From contig OY781089.1 of NCBI GenBank assembly GCA_963676565.1, positions 928,001-992,000 on the forward strand: DNA of 64,000 nt. Reading direction: 5' to 3'. The position numbers and the translations under genes were made by a program. Source of the stretch: Halarcobacter sp. GTDB lineage: Bacteria > Campylobacterota > Campylobacteria > Campylobacterales > Arcobacteraceae. Of the stretch, positions 1 through 9,253 are shown piece after piece (position 1 is the first letter of the stretch; each line of letters starts with the position of its first letter). Below the pieces are notes generated by a model, which worked only from the letters and a program-made list of their open reading frames with translations, did not search any database and was not told the origin of the DNA.

Positions 1-1
1 T

Positions 2-985
2 GGTGGAAAAAAATACAAAGTTGAAGTAATTCCATTTGATGATGCATATGATCCGAAAATTGCAGTTGCAGGTATGGAAAAAATGGCTCAAGAGCAAATC
101 AAATATGTAATTGGACCAAATGATGATGCACAAGCAATTGCAGTTAGACCAATTGCTGAAAAAAATAAAATAGTATATTTCCCATATGCTTTTAATAAAA
201 GTTTATATAAAAAACCAGCTAATTATGCAGTTTTTGGGATGATTGCTTCTTATCAATGGGAACCAGCAGTGTATAAATGGTTACAAGATAATAAAGATGT
301 TAAAACTATCGCATTTCTTGCGGCAAATGCAGCTGACCCACTAAATCAAAGAGACAATGGTATTAAAATTGCCAAAGATTTAGGTTTAGATGTTGTTGAA
401 GCAAAAGCTACATATAAAGCTGATACTAGAGATTTCTTCTCTGTAATTACTCCAGTTATCAAGAAAAAACCTGATTTATTAGTTCTTTCAGGAGTATCTC
501 CTGCAACTGCACCGCTTATTATTAAAACTGCTAGACAATTAGGGTTTAAAGGTTTTATGGCAGCTGGAACTGCACTTGATGCTGGTATTTTAAAAGAGGG
601 AGCAGGGGACGCTGCTAATGGATTTATTTGTCAAGGTGGAGCAGATGCTTCTATTCAATCTGAAGTTATGGAAAAATGGGTAGATACTTATACAAAGAAA
701 TTTGGTGAGTATAATGATGAATCAAATACAAAAGTATTTGCTTTAGAATACATTTTAGAAGTTATGAAGTCAAATCCAAAAGCTATTAATGATGCCGATG
801 AGTTCTTAAAAACTGTTGATTCAGGATGGGAAGCTCCAAATAAATTCTTCAAAGATAAAGATGCAAAACTTAAATTTGTAGGTACTACTACATTTGGACA
901 AGATAGACAATTAGGTGTTCCATTAACTCCAAAAATCTATAAAGATGGGAAGTTCGAAACACTATTTGTTGGTTCTGCAGACTAA
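2..985 (+). CDS. LIV-family ABC transporter substrate-binding protein, 5'-truncated by window edge; substrate probably allantoin/purine-derived by context
   Basis: Frame open from base 2 (GGKKYKVEVIPFDDAYDPKIAVAGM...); periplasmic binding protein type 1 motifs; followed by livHMGF-like genes. Confidence 0.85.
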   Translation, partial: GGKKYKVEVIPFDDAYDPKIAVAGMEKMAQEQIKYVIGPNDDAQAIAVRPIAEKNKIVYFPYAFNKSLYKKPANYAVFGMIASYQWEPAVYKWLQDNKDVKTIAFLAANAADPLNQRDNGIKIAKDLGLDVVEAKATYKADTRDFFSVITPVIKKKPDLLVLSGVSPATAPLIIKTARQLGFKGFMAAGTALDAGILKEGAGDAANGFICQGGADASIQSEVMEKWVDTYTKKFGEYNDESNTKVFALEYILEVMKSNPKAINDADEFLKTVDSGWEAPNKFFKDKDAKLKFVGTTTFGQDRQLGVPLTPKIYKDGKFETLFVGSAD

Positions 986-992
986 TTTAAAA

Positions 993-1012
993 GGGGCATC
1001 AAGTGATGCCTC
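993..1012 (+). terminator. Intercistronic stem-loop after the binding-protein gene
   Basis: GGGGCATC-AAGT-GATGCCTC. Confidence 0.5.
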
Positions 1013-1041
1013 GAACAATTAATTTTTTAGGAAAAGACTTT

Positions 1042-1914
1042 ATGGAACAAATATTACTTAATGGTTTAATCTCAGGCTCACAATATGCTTTAATTGCCCT
1101 TGGATTAACCCTTATTTTTTCACTTATGAGTATTCTTAATTTTGCCCATGGGCAGATGTATGTTTTAGGTGCCTTTGTTACTTATTATGTATATGGAAAA
1201 TTAGGATTACCTTTTATTGTAGCTGTTATTGCTTCAGGTTTAACGTTAGCACTAATAGGTGCGATATTCGAAAAATATCTTTTTAACACAGTTTTGAAAA
1301 GGTCAGTTAGGGAAGAAAGCTCAATGCTTTTGGCTGCTGGGACTGCTTTTTTTCTAGATGCTTTGATTTTAATTGTTTTTGGTGAAAAACAAAGAAGTGT
1401 TCCTGCCCTTGTAGATGGTGTATTTTGGGGTGAAGAATTTGGTTTAGATATTATCATTCCATACAATAGAGTTGTTATTGGGGTAATTGCAGTTGTAATG
1501 ATTGTTTCATTTATTTTGTTTATGCAATACTCAAAACCAGGTAGGGCAATGAGAGCCTTAGCTCAGGATAAAACAGCTGCTCAACTTATGGGAGTTGATT
1601 TAGATAGATATAGTTTAATTGGATTTGCACTTGGTGCAATGCTTGCGGGTGTTGCTGGAAGTTTACTTGTAACTATTACAGGTGTTAATTCAGGTATCGG
1701 TGGAGGTATTTCAATACAAGCCTTTACTATGATTATGATTGGTGGTGCTGGAGTAATTTCAGGTGCCATTTTAGGTGGATTTATCTTAGGATTAGTAGAG
1801 GCTTTTGGACTTTATTACTTACCTGGAGATATAACATATCTTACGATTTTTGTTGGTCTTATGATATTTTTAACTTTACGTCCACAAGGACTTATGGGTA
1901 AACCTTGGGGGTGA
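1042..1914 (+). CDS. livH: LIV-family ABC transporter permease (LivH-like)
   Basis: YALIALGLTLIF, NFAHG, RPQGLMG motifs; ATG 1042 after AGGA preferred over GTG 1003. Confidence 0.9.
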   Translation: MEQILLNGLISGSQYALIALGLTLIFSLMSILNFAHGQMYVLGAFVTYYVYGKLGLPFIVAVIASGLTLALIGAIFEKYLFNTVLKRSVREESSMLLAAGTAFFLDALILIVFGEKQRSVPALVDGVFWGEEFGLDIIIPYNRVVIGVIAVVMIVSFILFMQYSKPGRAMRALAQDKTAAQLMGVDLDRYSLIGFALGAMLAGVAGSLLVTITGVNSGIGGGISIQAFTMIMIGGAGVISGAILGGFILGLVEAFGLYYLPGDITYLTIFVGLMIFLTLRPQGLMGKPWG

Positions 1915-1917
1915 TTT

Positions 1918-2883
1918 ATGGAAAATAAAAAATTTATAATACAAGTATCAATAGCATTAGTTTTTCTTCTAATTTTAATCCCTACAGTTTTGATTGCAAT
2001 GGGAAGAAATGATTATCTTTATGGAATAACATCAGTAGCAATTTTAGCAATGATTAGTTCAGGTGTTTGGTTAACTTTTTACATGGGAAGAATAAATATT
2101 GGACAAGGAGCTTATGCTTTAATTGGAGCATATACAACAGCTGTTTTAGTTACCCAATTGGAATTATCTTTTTGGATATCTATTTTTGTGGCCGGTTTTG
2201 TAGCGGCATTTTTTAGCATCTTAATTGGTTTGCCAATCTTAAGATTAAAAGGTGTTTATTTTTCAATGATTACTCTAACTTTAACAGAGGTTACAAAACT
2301 ACTAGCAATTGCATTAGTTCCTATTACAAATGGTCCTAGGGGAATTACAAATATTCCAGTTCCTGGTGAATTAAGTATTTTTGGACTAACAATTATTCCA
2401 GATTTTGCAACAATGGAAAATAGTAAAATTGGATTTTATTATCTTGCAGTTATTGCTATGATTATAACCTTTGCGATAATGTATAGATTAACAAAATCAA
2501 GAATGGGTATTCTGCTTAGATCCTTGCAACAAAATGAAGAGTTAGCTTCATCATTTGGGGTAAATATTGCGTACTTAAGGGTTATATCATATGCAATTGC
2601 TTCATTTTTTGGTGGAGTTGGTGGAGCTATATTTATAAACCTAACCCAATCAGTTTATCCAACAACTTTCCAAGTTGCTGATTCAATTAATTATATGCTT
2701 TATACATTTTTAGGTGGATTGGCATATGTCTTTGGACCTATTTTAGGAGCTTTTGTTTTATATTTTTCTTGGGATTTACTGTTTATTTTCAAAGAATATC
2801 AGTTATTAATTTATTCTGGAATTATGATTTTACTGATGATATTTTTACCAAATGGGATATTAAGTTTAAGGTTTAAAAAATGA
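1918..2883 (+). CDS. livM: LIV-family ABC transporter permease (LivM-like)
   Basis: LRLKGVYFSMITL, TNGPRG, GGL..GPILGA, PNGI motifs. Confidence 0.9.
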   Translation: MENKKFIIQVSIALVFLLILIPTVLIAMGRNDYLYGITSVAILAMISSGVWLTFYMGRINIGQGAYALIGAYTTAVLVTQLELSFWISIFVAGFVAAFFSILIGLPILRLKGVYFSMITLTLTEVTKLLAIALVPITNGPRGITNIPVPGELSIFGLTIIPDFATMENSKIGFYYLAVIAMIITFAIMYRLTKSRMGILLRSLQQNEELASSFGVNIAYLRVISYAIASFFGGVGGAIFINLTQSVYPTTFQVADSINYMLYTFLGGLAYVFGPILGAFVLYFSWDLLFIFKEYQLLIYSGIMILLMIFLPNGILSLRFKK

Positions 2884-3662
2884 GAAAAAGAATTTTAGAA
2901 ATAAATAACCTAAGTAAAAAATTTGGTTCTTTATATGCAGTAAATGATGTAACCTTTGAAGTTTATGAAGGTGAAATTTTATCTGTAATTGGACCTAATG
3001 GAGCAGGTAAATCAACAACATTTAAACTAATCTCTTCATTTTTAAAACCAAGTTCTGGAGAGGTTGTTTTTAATGGTGAAAAAATATCAGGATTGAAACC
3101 ACACTTAGTGGCTAGAAAAGGGGTTGTAAGAACTTTCCAAGAGACAACAGTTTTTAAAAGTATGAGTGTTAGGGATAATATAATTATTGCCCATCAATTA
3201 CAAGCAAAATCAAATCTTTTAGGTTTTTTCTTTAATACAAAATTGGCAAAAGAAGATAATGAAAGATTTGGTAAGTCAGCCGATGAAATTATCGATTTTC
3301 TAGGACTTTCTGAAGTACGAGATGAATTAGCTTCTAATTTACCCCATGGATTATTAAGGGCTTTAGGTATTGCAAATGCTTTAGCTTGTAAACCAAAAAT
3401 ATTACTTCTTGATGAACCATTTGCAGGGATGAACCATGATGAAACAAGAAGATGTATGGATATGGTAAAACAGATTAAAAGTTCAGGAGTAACTGTATTA
3501 TTAGTTGAACATGATATGCCAGCAGTTATGGAAATATCAGACAGAATTGTAGTTATTAGTTTTGGAGAAAAAATAGCTGAAGGAAAACCAGCTGAAATCC
3601 AAAAAAATCCTAAAGTAATTGAAGCTTACTTAGGTGTAGAAGATGAAGAGTTAGGAATTTAA
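2880..3662 (+). CDS. livG: LIV-family ABC ATP-binding protein (LivG-like)
   Basis: Walker A GPNGAGKST, LLLDEP, VEHDM, C-terminal VIEAYLG. Confidence 0.92.
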   Translation: MRKRILEINNLSKKFGSLYAVNDVTFEVYEGEILSVIGPNGAGKSTTFKLISSFLKPSSGEVVFNGEKISGLKPHLVARKGVVRTFQETTVFKSMSVRDNIIIAHQLQAKSNLLGFFFNTKLAKEDNERFGKSADEIIDFLGLSEVRDELASNLPHGLLRALGIANALACKPKILLLDEPFAGMNHDETRRCMDMVKQIKSSGVTVLLVEHDMPAVMEISDRIVVISFGEKIAEGKPAEIQKNPKVIEAYLGVEDEELGI

Positions 3663-3663
3663 A

Positions 3664-4383
3664 ATGGCATTATTAGAGTGTAAAGATTTAGAGATAAATT
3701 ACGACCAAGTTAGAGCTGTAAAAAAAGTAAACTTAAGTCTTGAAGAGGGTGAAACGATAACTTTAATTGGTGCAAATGGAGCTGGAAAATCTTCTATTTT
3801 AAAAGCAATTACAGGACTTAAAAAACCAAGTTCAGGAGAAGTTTTATTAAATGGTGAAAAGTTAAATGGATTAAGCCCATCTAAAATAGTTGAAAAGGGG
3901 ATTGCTATGACTCCTGAAGGAAGAAGAGTGTTTCCTTATATGAGCGTAAAAGATAACCTTTTAATGGGTGCCTTTACAAGAAAAGATAAAGATGGAATAA
4001 AAGAGGATTTAGAGAAAGTGCTTGATAAATTCCCAAGATTAAAAGAAAGATTTAAACAACAAGCAAGCACCATGAGTGGTGGCGAGCAACAAATGATGGT
4101 TATTGGACGTGCTTTAATGTCAAGACCAAAAATACTTCTTATGGATGAACCTAGTCTTGGTATTGCACCAAAATTAGTTCAAGATATTGCAAGATCAATT
4201 GTACAAATTAATAAAGAGGATAAAGTTTCTGTTATCTTAGTTGAACAAAACTCAAGAATGGCACTTAAAATTTCTAATAGAGCATATGCAATGCAATTAG
4301 GGGAGGTTTTATTAAGTGGAAACTCAAAGGACTTAATCCACGATGAAAGAATAATTGAATTGTATTTAGGAGGAACCCATTAA
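3664..4383 (+). CDS. livF: LIV-family ABC ATP-binding protein (LivF-like)
   Basis: GANGAGKS, PEGRRVF, MSGGEQQM, DEPSLG, VEQN. Confidence 0.92.
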   Translation: MALLECKDLEINYDQVRAVKKVNLSLEEGETITLIGANGAGKSSILKAITGLKKPSSGEVLLNGEKLNGLSPSKIVEKGIAMTPEGRRVFPYMSVKDNLLMGAFTRKDKDGIKEDLEKVLDKFPRLKERFKQQASTMSGGEQQMMVIGRALMSRPKILLMDEPSLGIAPKLVQDIARSIVQINKEDKVSVILVEQNSRMALKISNRAYAMQLGEVLLSGNSKDLIHDERIIELYLGGTH

Positions 4384-5081
4384 TGAAACTTGCAATAATA
4401 AATCCAAACTCAACAGAATCTATGACAAAAAAATGTGAAGAGGTTGCTTTAAAATTTAAAAATCCTGATACACAAATTTGGGCTTCAAATCCAAGTGATA
4501 GTCCTAAAAGTATTGAAGGTCATTTTGATGAGGTGAAATCTTTGATGGGATTAATGAGTGAAATCAAAAAAGCAAAAGAGTGGGGAGCAGATGCATATGT
4601 AATTGCTTGTTTTGATGACCCAGGATTAGAAGCTGCAAGGGAACTTGTAGATGGTCCAGTTATAGGTATTTGTGAAGCTGCTATGCATATGACTTCAATT
4701 GTCTCTTCTAGTTTTTCAGTTGTAACTACTTTAAATAGAGCCATTCCTATTATTGAAGAGTTAAGTCATAAATATGGTATGGATAAGTTTTGTAGAAAAG
4801 TAAGAGCTGCGAATATTCCAGTTTTAGCATTAGAAGATGGAACATGTAATGCAATGGAAAAAATAGAGAGTGAGATTTTAAAAGCAGTTAAAGAGGATAA
4901 TTGTGAAGCAATTATTTTAGGGTGTGCTGGAATGGCTGATTTAACAATTGAGTTATCAAAAAGATGTAATATCCCAGTAGTTGATGGTGTTTTATGTGCA
5001 ATTAAGATGGCTGAATCAATGGTTGGAGCAAAGCTTCAAACAAGTAAAATAAATTCATATGCTTATCCTATAGAAAAATAA
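4383..5081 (+). CDS. hpxA: Allantoin/hydantoin racemase (Asp/Glu/hydantoin racemase family)
   Basis: INPNST, IACFDDPG and LGCAGM two-cysteine motifs; allantoin cluster context. Confidence 0.85.
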   Translation: MKLAIINPNSTESMTKKCEEVALKFKNPDTQIWASNPSDSPKSIEGHFDEVKSLMGLMSEIKKAKEWGADAYVIACFDDPGLEAARELVDGPVIGICEAAMHMTSIVSSSFSVVTTLNRAIPIIEELSHKYGMDKFCRKVRAANIPVLALEDGTCNAMEKIESEILKAVKEDNCEAIILGCAGMADLTIELSKRCNIPVVDGVLCAIKMAESMVGAKLQTSKINSYAYPIEK

Positions 5082-5090
5082 AGTTTATAA

Positions 5091-5699
5091 ATGGGGTCAT
5101 TTTCAGAGTTTGTTTTATGGTTTGGGGTAATTTTTCCATTAGTTTTTAGTGCAGGCCCAGGAAATGTATTATGTGCAGTTTGTGGTGCAACAAATGGATT
5201 TAAAAATTCAATTCCTTTTATACTTGGATTAAATCTTGTTTATACCTTTTATTCTTTACTTGCTGGTTTTGGATTAGCTTCAATTTTAAACTCTTTTCCT
5301 AAACTGTTTTTTGTAATTCAACTTTTAGGTGTTGGGTATATTTTTTATCTTGCCTATAAGTTTTTAATAAGAAAAAATATTGAAAGAAAAGAGTCAAGAA
5401 CAAAATTAGGATTTAAAGATGGTGTAATATCCCAAGCATTAAATATAAAAGGGATTTCAATAGTTTTTACTATGTATTCTCAATTTTTAAATAAAGATGA
5501 GACTTTAGTTTATGAAGTTTTAACTCTTAGTTTAGCTTTATTGGTTTTAAATCTATTTACCCATATGACTTGGGTCTATGGTGGATCTTGGATAGCAAAA
5601 AAGTTTGCGTCCAATTATGCTATTGAGTTACAAAGTAAAGTTTTTGGTGTGTTATTGATGTTAATTGCCTTATGGTTACTGTTTCAATTATTTAATTAA
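5091..5699 (+). CDS. LysE/RhtB-family translocator
   Basis: SAGPGN N-terminal motif, G..YIFYLAY, LNIKG; about 6 hydrophobic segments. Confidence 0.8.
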   Translation: MGSFSEFVLWFGVIFPLVFSAGPGNVLCAVCGATNGFKNSIPFILGLNLVYTFYSLLAGFGLASILNSFPKLFFVIQLLGVGYIFYLAYKFLIRKNIERKESRTKLGFKDGVISQALNIKGISIVFTMYSQFLNKDETLVYEVLTLSLALLVLNLFTHMTWVYGGSWIAKKFASNYAIELQSKVFGVLLMLIALWLLFQLFN

Positions 5700-5779
5700 T
5701 AGATTGTTTACAGAAACTAGAATGTAAATTATAATATAATAAATAAGTACAAAATGAAAAAAAGTGGGAGAAACTTTTA

Positions 5780-6463
5780 ATGGATAAAAATGATTTATTT
5801 ACTTTAGAAGATAATATAGTAAATTTTATATTTGATGCAATATTTACAAAAAAACTTCAACCAGGTACTAAATTATCAGAAAGTGTTTTAGCAAAAGAGT
5901 TAAACACAAGTAGGGATGTTGTAAGAAAAGCTTTTAGTAAACTACAAACTATGGGAATTTTGAGTTATAAAAAAAATCAAGGTTTTAATGTAGTTTGGAT
6001 TAGTGAAGAGAATGCAAAAGATATTTTTGCAACGAGAAAAATAATTGAAGCAGGTATTGTTGAGATTGTTACAAAAAGACATGAAAAAGAAAATTTAGAC
6101 CTATCAGGACTTTTGGAAAATATTGATACAGAAGAGTATCTAAAATTATCTCATAGAAATGGGGAATATGTTAAATCATCTTGTGATTTTCATTTAAATT
6201 TGGCTGCATTAAGTGAAAATGAGTTTTTAATTAATGCCCTAAAACCTCTAATCCCTTTAAGTATTCTTGCTGCTTTAATTTATGAAGATGAAAATACAGA
6301 GTTTTCTTCATATGATGAACATAGAGTTTTAATTGAGACAATTCAAAGTAATAATGTTACTAATGCAAAAAATGTTATGTCAGAACATTTAGATCATTGT
6401 CTTGATATTTTAGATTTTGATTTGGATACAATTAATAAAAAGAATAAATTTCTTTTTGCCTAA
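5780..6463 (+). CDS. GntR (FadR subfamily) transcriptional regulator
   Basis: LQPGTKLSESVLAKELNTSRDVVRKAF wHTH; FCD-like C-terminus (FH..L, EH..L). Confidence 0.9.
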   Translation: MDKNDLFTLEDNIVNFIFDAIFTKKLQPGTKLSESVLAKELNTSRDVVRKAFSKLQTMGILSYKKNQGFNVVWISEENAKDIFATRKIIEAGIVEIVTKRHEKENLDLSGLLENIDTEEYLKLSHRNGEYVKSSCDFHLNLAALSENEFLINALKPLIPLSILAALIYEDENTEFSSYDEHRVLIETIQSNNVTNAKNVMSEHLDHCLDILDFDLDTINKKNKFLFA

Positions 6464-6486
6464 CTAAGTAGTTATATACTTAGTTA
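6461..6486 (+). terminator. Hairpin at the end of the GntR gene
   Basis: TAACTAAGTA-N6-TACTTAGTTA. Confidence 0.45.
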
Positions 6487-6533
6487 ATCTTACATTTCCT
6501 CTATTTTAAAAACAATTGTATAAAAAATAAACA

Positions 6534-6571
6534 CAGATTGTAGACAATCATTGTAGACAATCTGCTAGAAT
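6534..6571 (+). promoter_or_regulatory. Tandem GntR/FadR-type operators abutting the extended -10 of puuE
   Basis: ATTGTAGACAAT at 6537-6548 and 6550-6561, then TGcTAGAAT at 6563-6571. Confidence 0.7.
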
Positions 6572-6624
6572 TCTCTTATAAATAAATTAAGAAGTCTTTT
6601 TGGCTTTTTTTATGAGAGAAAAAA

Positions 6625-7533
6625 ATGATATATGAAAACTATCCAAGAGATTTAATTGGTTATTCAAATAAACCTATAAATCCAAAATGGCCTAACAATG
6701 CAAAAATAGCTTTACAGTTTGTTTTAAATTATGAAGAGGGCGGTGAAAACTGTATCTTACATGGTGATGAGGCTAGTGAGGTTTTTCTATCAGAAATGAA
6801 TAACCCACAAGCTTTTTATAATCAAAGACACAAATCTATAGAATCACTATATGAATATGGTTCTAGGGTTGGTGTTTGGAGATTACTAAAACTGTTTAAA
6901 GATTTTGATATCCCCGTAACGATTTTTGCAGTTGCTATGGCAATTGCAAGAAATCCAAAACTTGCTGAATATCTTGCACTTAACAACTATGACATCTGTT
7001 CTCACGGCTACAGATGGATTAACTATCAAACAATAGAAGAATCGATTGAAAGAGATCACTTATATAAAAGTATTGAAATATTAGAAAAAATGATTGGTAC
7101 GAGACCCCTTGGTTGGTACACAGGTCGTGATAGTGAAAATACTAGAAAACTTGTTGCCCAAGAGGGTGGATTTTTATATGATAGTGATGCTTACAACGAT
7201 GACTTACCTTACTTTTCCCATGAAATTACAGATAAAAAACATTTAGTGATTCCCTATACGATGGATACAAATGATATGAGATTTGTATTTGGTGGATTTA
7301 ACCATAGTGATGAATTTTTCAATTATCTAAAAGATAGTTTTGATTGTTTATATGAAGAGGGACAAACTAGTCCAAAAATGATGAATATAGGGATGCATTG
7401 TCGAATTTTAGGAAAGCCTGGAAGATTCCAAGCAATAAAAAGATTTTTAGAATATGTAAAACAATTTGATGATGTATGGTTTTGTAAAAGAATAGATATT
7501 GCTAATCATTGGCACAAAAATTTCAGTATATAG
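6625..7533 (+). CDS. puuE: PuuE-type allantoinase (polysaccharide deacetylase fold)
   Basis: YPRDLIGY, WPNNAKIALQFVLNYEEGGE, YEYGSRVG, HGYRW, GWYTGR. Confidence 0.95.
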   Translation: MIYENYPRDLIGYSNKPINPKWPNNAKIALQFVLNYEEGGENCILHGDEASEVFLSEMNNPQAFYNQRHKSIESLYEYGSRVGVWRLLKLFKDFDIPVTIFAVAMAIARNPKLAEYLALNNYDICSHGYRWINYQTIEESIERDHLYKSIEILEKMIGTRPLGWYTGRDSENTRKLVAQEGGFLYDSDAYNDDLPYFSHEITDKKHLVIPYTMDTNDMRFVFGGFNHSDEFFNYLKDSFDCLYEEGQTSPKMMNIGMHCRILGKPGRFQAIKRFLEYVKQFDDVWFCKRIDIANHWHKNFSI

Positions 7534-7541
7534 AGGATTTA

Positions 7542-8558
7542 ATGAAAACAAATAATGAAGTGAATAATTTAACAAATGTATCAAGTATCGACCTTGGAGC
7601 AAATGTAATTTATACAACAGATGAATTTTTCGCTAGTGCAAATAGAATGTTAGCAGAAACAGAAGCTGTATTTAAAGATGAGTTTGATGACAATGGTCAC
7701 TGGATGGATGGTTGGGAAACTAGAAGAAGAAGAGATGGCGGAAATGACCATTGTATTATTAAACTTGGTGGCTTATCAAAAATCGAAACTTTTTTAGTTG
7801 ATACTTCACATTTTAGAGGTAACTATCCATTAGCAGTTTCAATAAAAGGATGTTGCGTAAAAGATATTGAAGATAAAGATTTTATTGATAAAAAAGATGA
7901 TTTTGAATGGCTTGAATTATTAGAACAAAGTAATTTACAAGGTGATTCAAAACAATATTTTGATTGTAAATCATATGATGAATTAACTCATTTAAGAGTA
8001 GATATTTATCCTGATGGTGGAATTGCTAGATTTAAAGCTTTTGGAACTTTATGTTTTGATGAGAAACTTTATGAAAAAGAGAATGTAAATGTAACATCTA
8101 TGAGTAATGGAGCTAGAGCAGTTTATGCAAATAATGAATTTTTTGGACCATTAAAAAATATCTTAAAAGATAATGTTGCAATTAACATGGGTGATGGATG
8201 GGAAACTAGAAGAAGAAGAGAACCTGGATTTGATTGGGGAATCATTGAGTTAGCACAACCTGCAATTATTGATAATATTATGGTTGATACAAACTTCTTC
8301 AAAGGAAATTTTGCAGATTCTTTTTCTATATGCGCCGCATATTTAGATGAAACAACTGACAGTGCAGTGGTTACTCAAAGTATGTTTTGGGAAGAGTTAG
8401 TTTCAAAGCAAAAACTACAAATGCATTCAAAACATGAGTTTGACAATTCATACATCTTACATAATAAACCAATAACACATATAAGAATTAATATTTATCC
8501 TGATGGTGGTATTTCAAGACTTAAAATGTTTGGAAAATTTGTAAAAAAAGAGAAATAA
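7542..8558 (+). CDS. alc: Allantoicase
   Basis: Two DGWETRRRR repeats and two PDGGI repeats; ATG 7542 after AGAGGA. Confidence 0.95.
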   Translation: MKTNNEVNNLTNVSSIDLGANVIYTTDEFFASANRMLAETEAVFKDEFDDNGHWMDGWETRRRRDGGNDHCIIKLGGLSKIETFLVDTSHFRGNYPLAVSIKGCCVKDIEDKDFIDKKDDFEWLELLEQSNLQGDSKQYFDCKSYDELTHLRVDIYPDGGIARFKAFGTLCFDEKLYEKENVNVTSMSNGARAVYANNEFFGPLKNILKDNVAINMGDGWETRRRREPGFDWGIIELAQPAIIDNIMVDTNFFKGNFADSFSICAAYLDETTDSAVVTQSMFWEELVSKQKLQMHSKHEFDNSYILHNKPITHIRINIYPDGGISRLKMFGKFVKKEK

Positions 8559-8567
8559 AGAATTATT

Positions 8568-9086
8568 ATGAGTTTAGTTTTAAAACCAGAGTCTTTAACT
8601 AGTAAAAGTTTTAGTGAGTATGGAAAAGTTTTAAGTGTTGAAGAGACTCAATCAATAACTATAAATGATGGCTTTGCACAAAAACATTTTAATCTTTGCA
8701 ATATAGATGCAAATGACAAAGGTGGTGTTGCAACTGTTCACTTTTATATAGGGAAAAAAAGAGAATTTCCTTTATCCATAAATATGATGGAGAAACATCC
8801 TTGTTTTTCACAAACTTTTATACCAAGAAGTAACAATCCTTTTTTAGTGGTTGTTTCTTTAGGTGATGATAAACCAGATTTAAAAACACTTAAGGTTTTT
8901 AAAACAAATGGAAACCAAGGGGTTCACTATAAAAGAGGAATTTGGCATTTTCCTTTAATCTCGATTGAAGACAATGAACAATTCGTTGTAATTGACAGAA
9001 ATGATTTAGGAAAAAGTGAAAATAAATTGGATGACTGTATTGAAATAAATATTGATATGGAAATTAAAGTTTTAAAAGAGATGTAA
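8568..9086 (+). CDS. allA: Ureidoglycolate lyase
   Basis: MEKHP..SQTFIP, QGVHYKRGIWH motifs. Confidence 0.9.
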   Translation: MSLVLKPESLTSKSFSEYGKVLSVEETQSITINDGFAQKHFNLCNIDANDKGGVATVHFYIGKKREFPLSINMMEKHPCFSQTFIPRSNNPFLVVVSLGDDKPDLKTLKVFKTNGNQGVHYKRGIWHFPLISIEDNEQFVVIDRNDLGKSENKLDDCIEINIDMEIKVLKEM

Positions 9087-9253
9087 TGAAAGTAAAAGTT
9101 AATAAATCTCCACCATAAAGATGACTTTTAAGCTCTCACAAAAAAGTCATACGGGCAATGTGATTATAAGAAAACAAACGTAAAAAGTTGTTTAAGAGAG
9201 CCGGTTATTTGGGAAATGTTTATAAATTTATTTAAATAAAAAGGGAAAATAAC

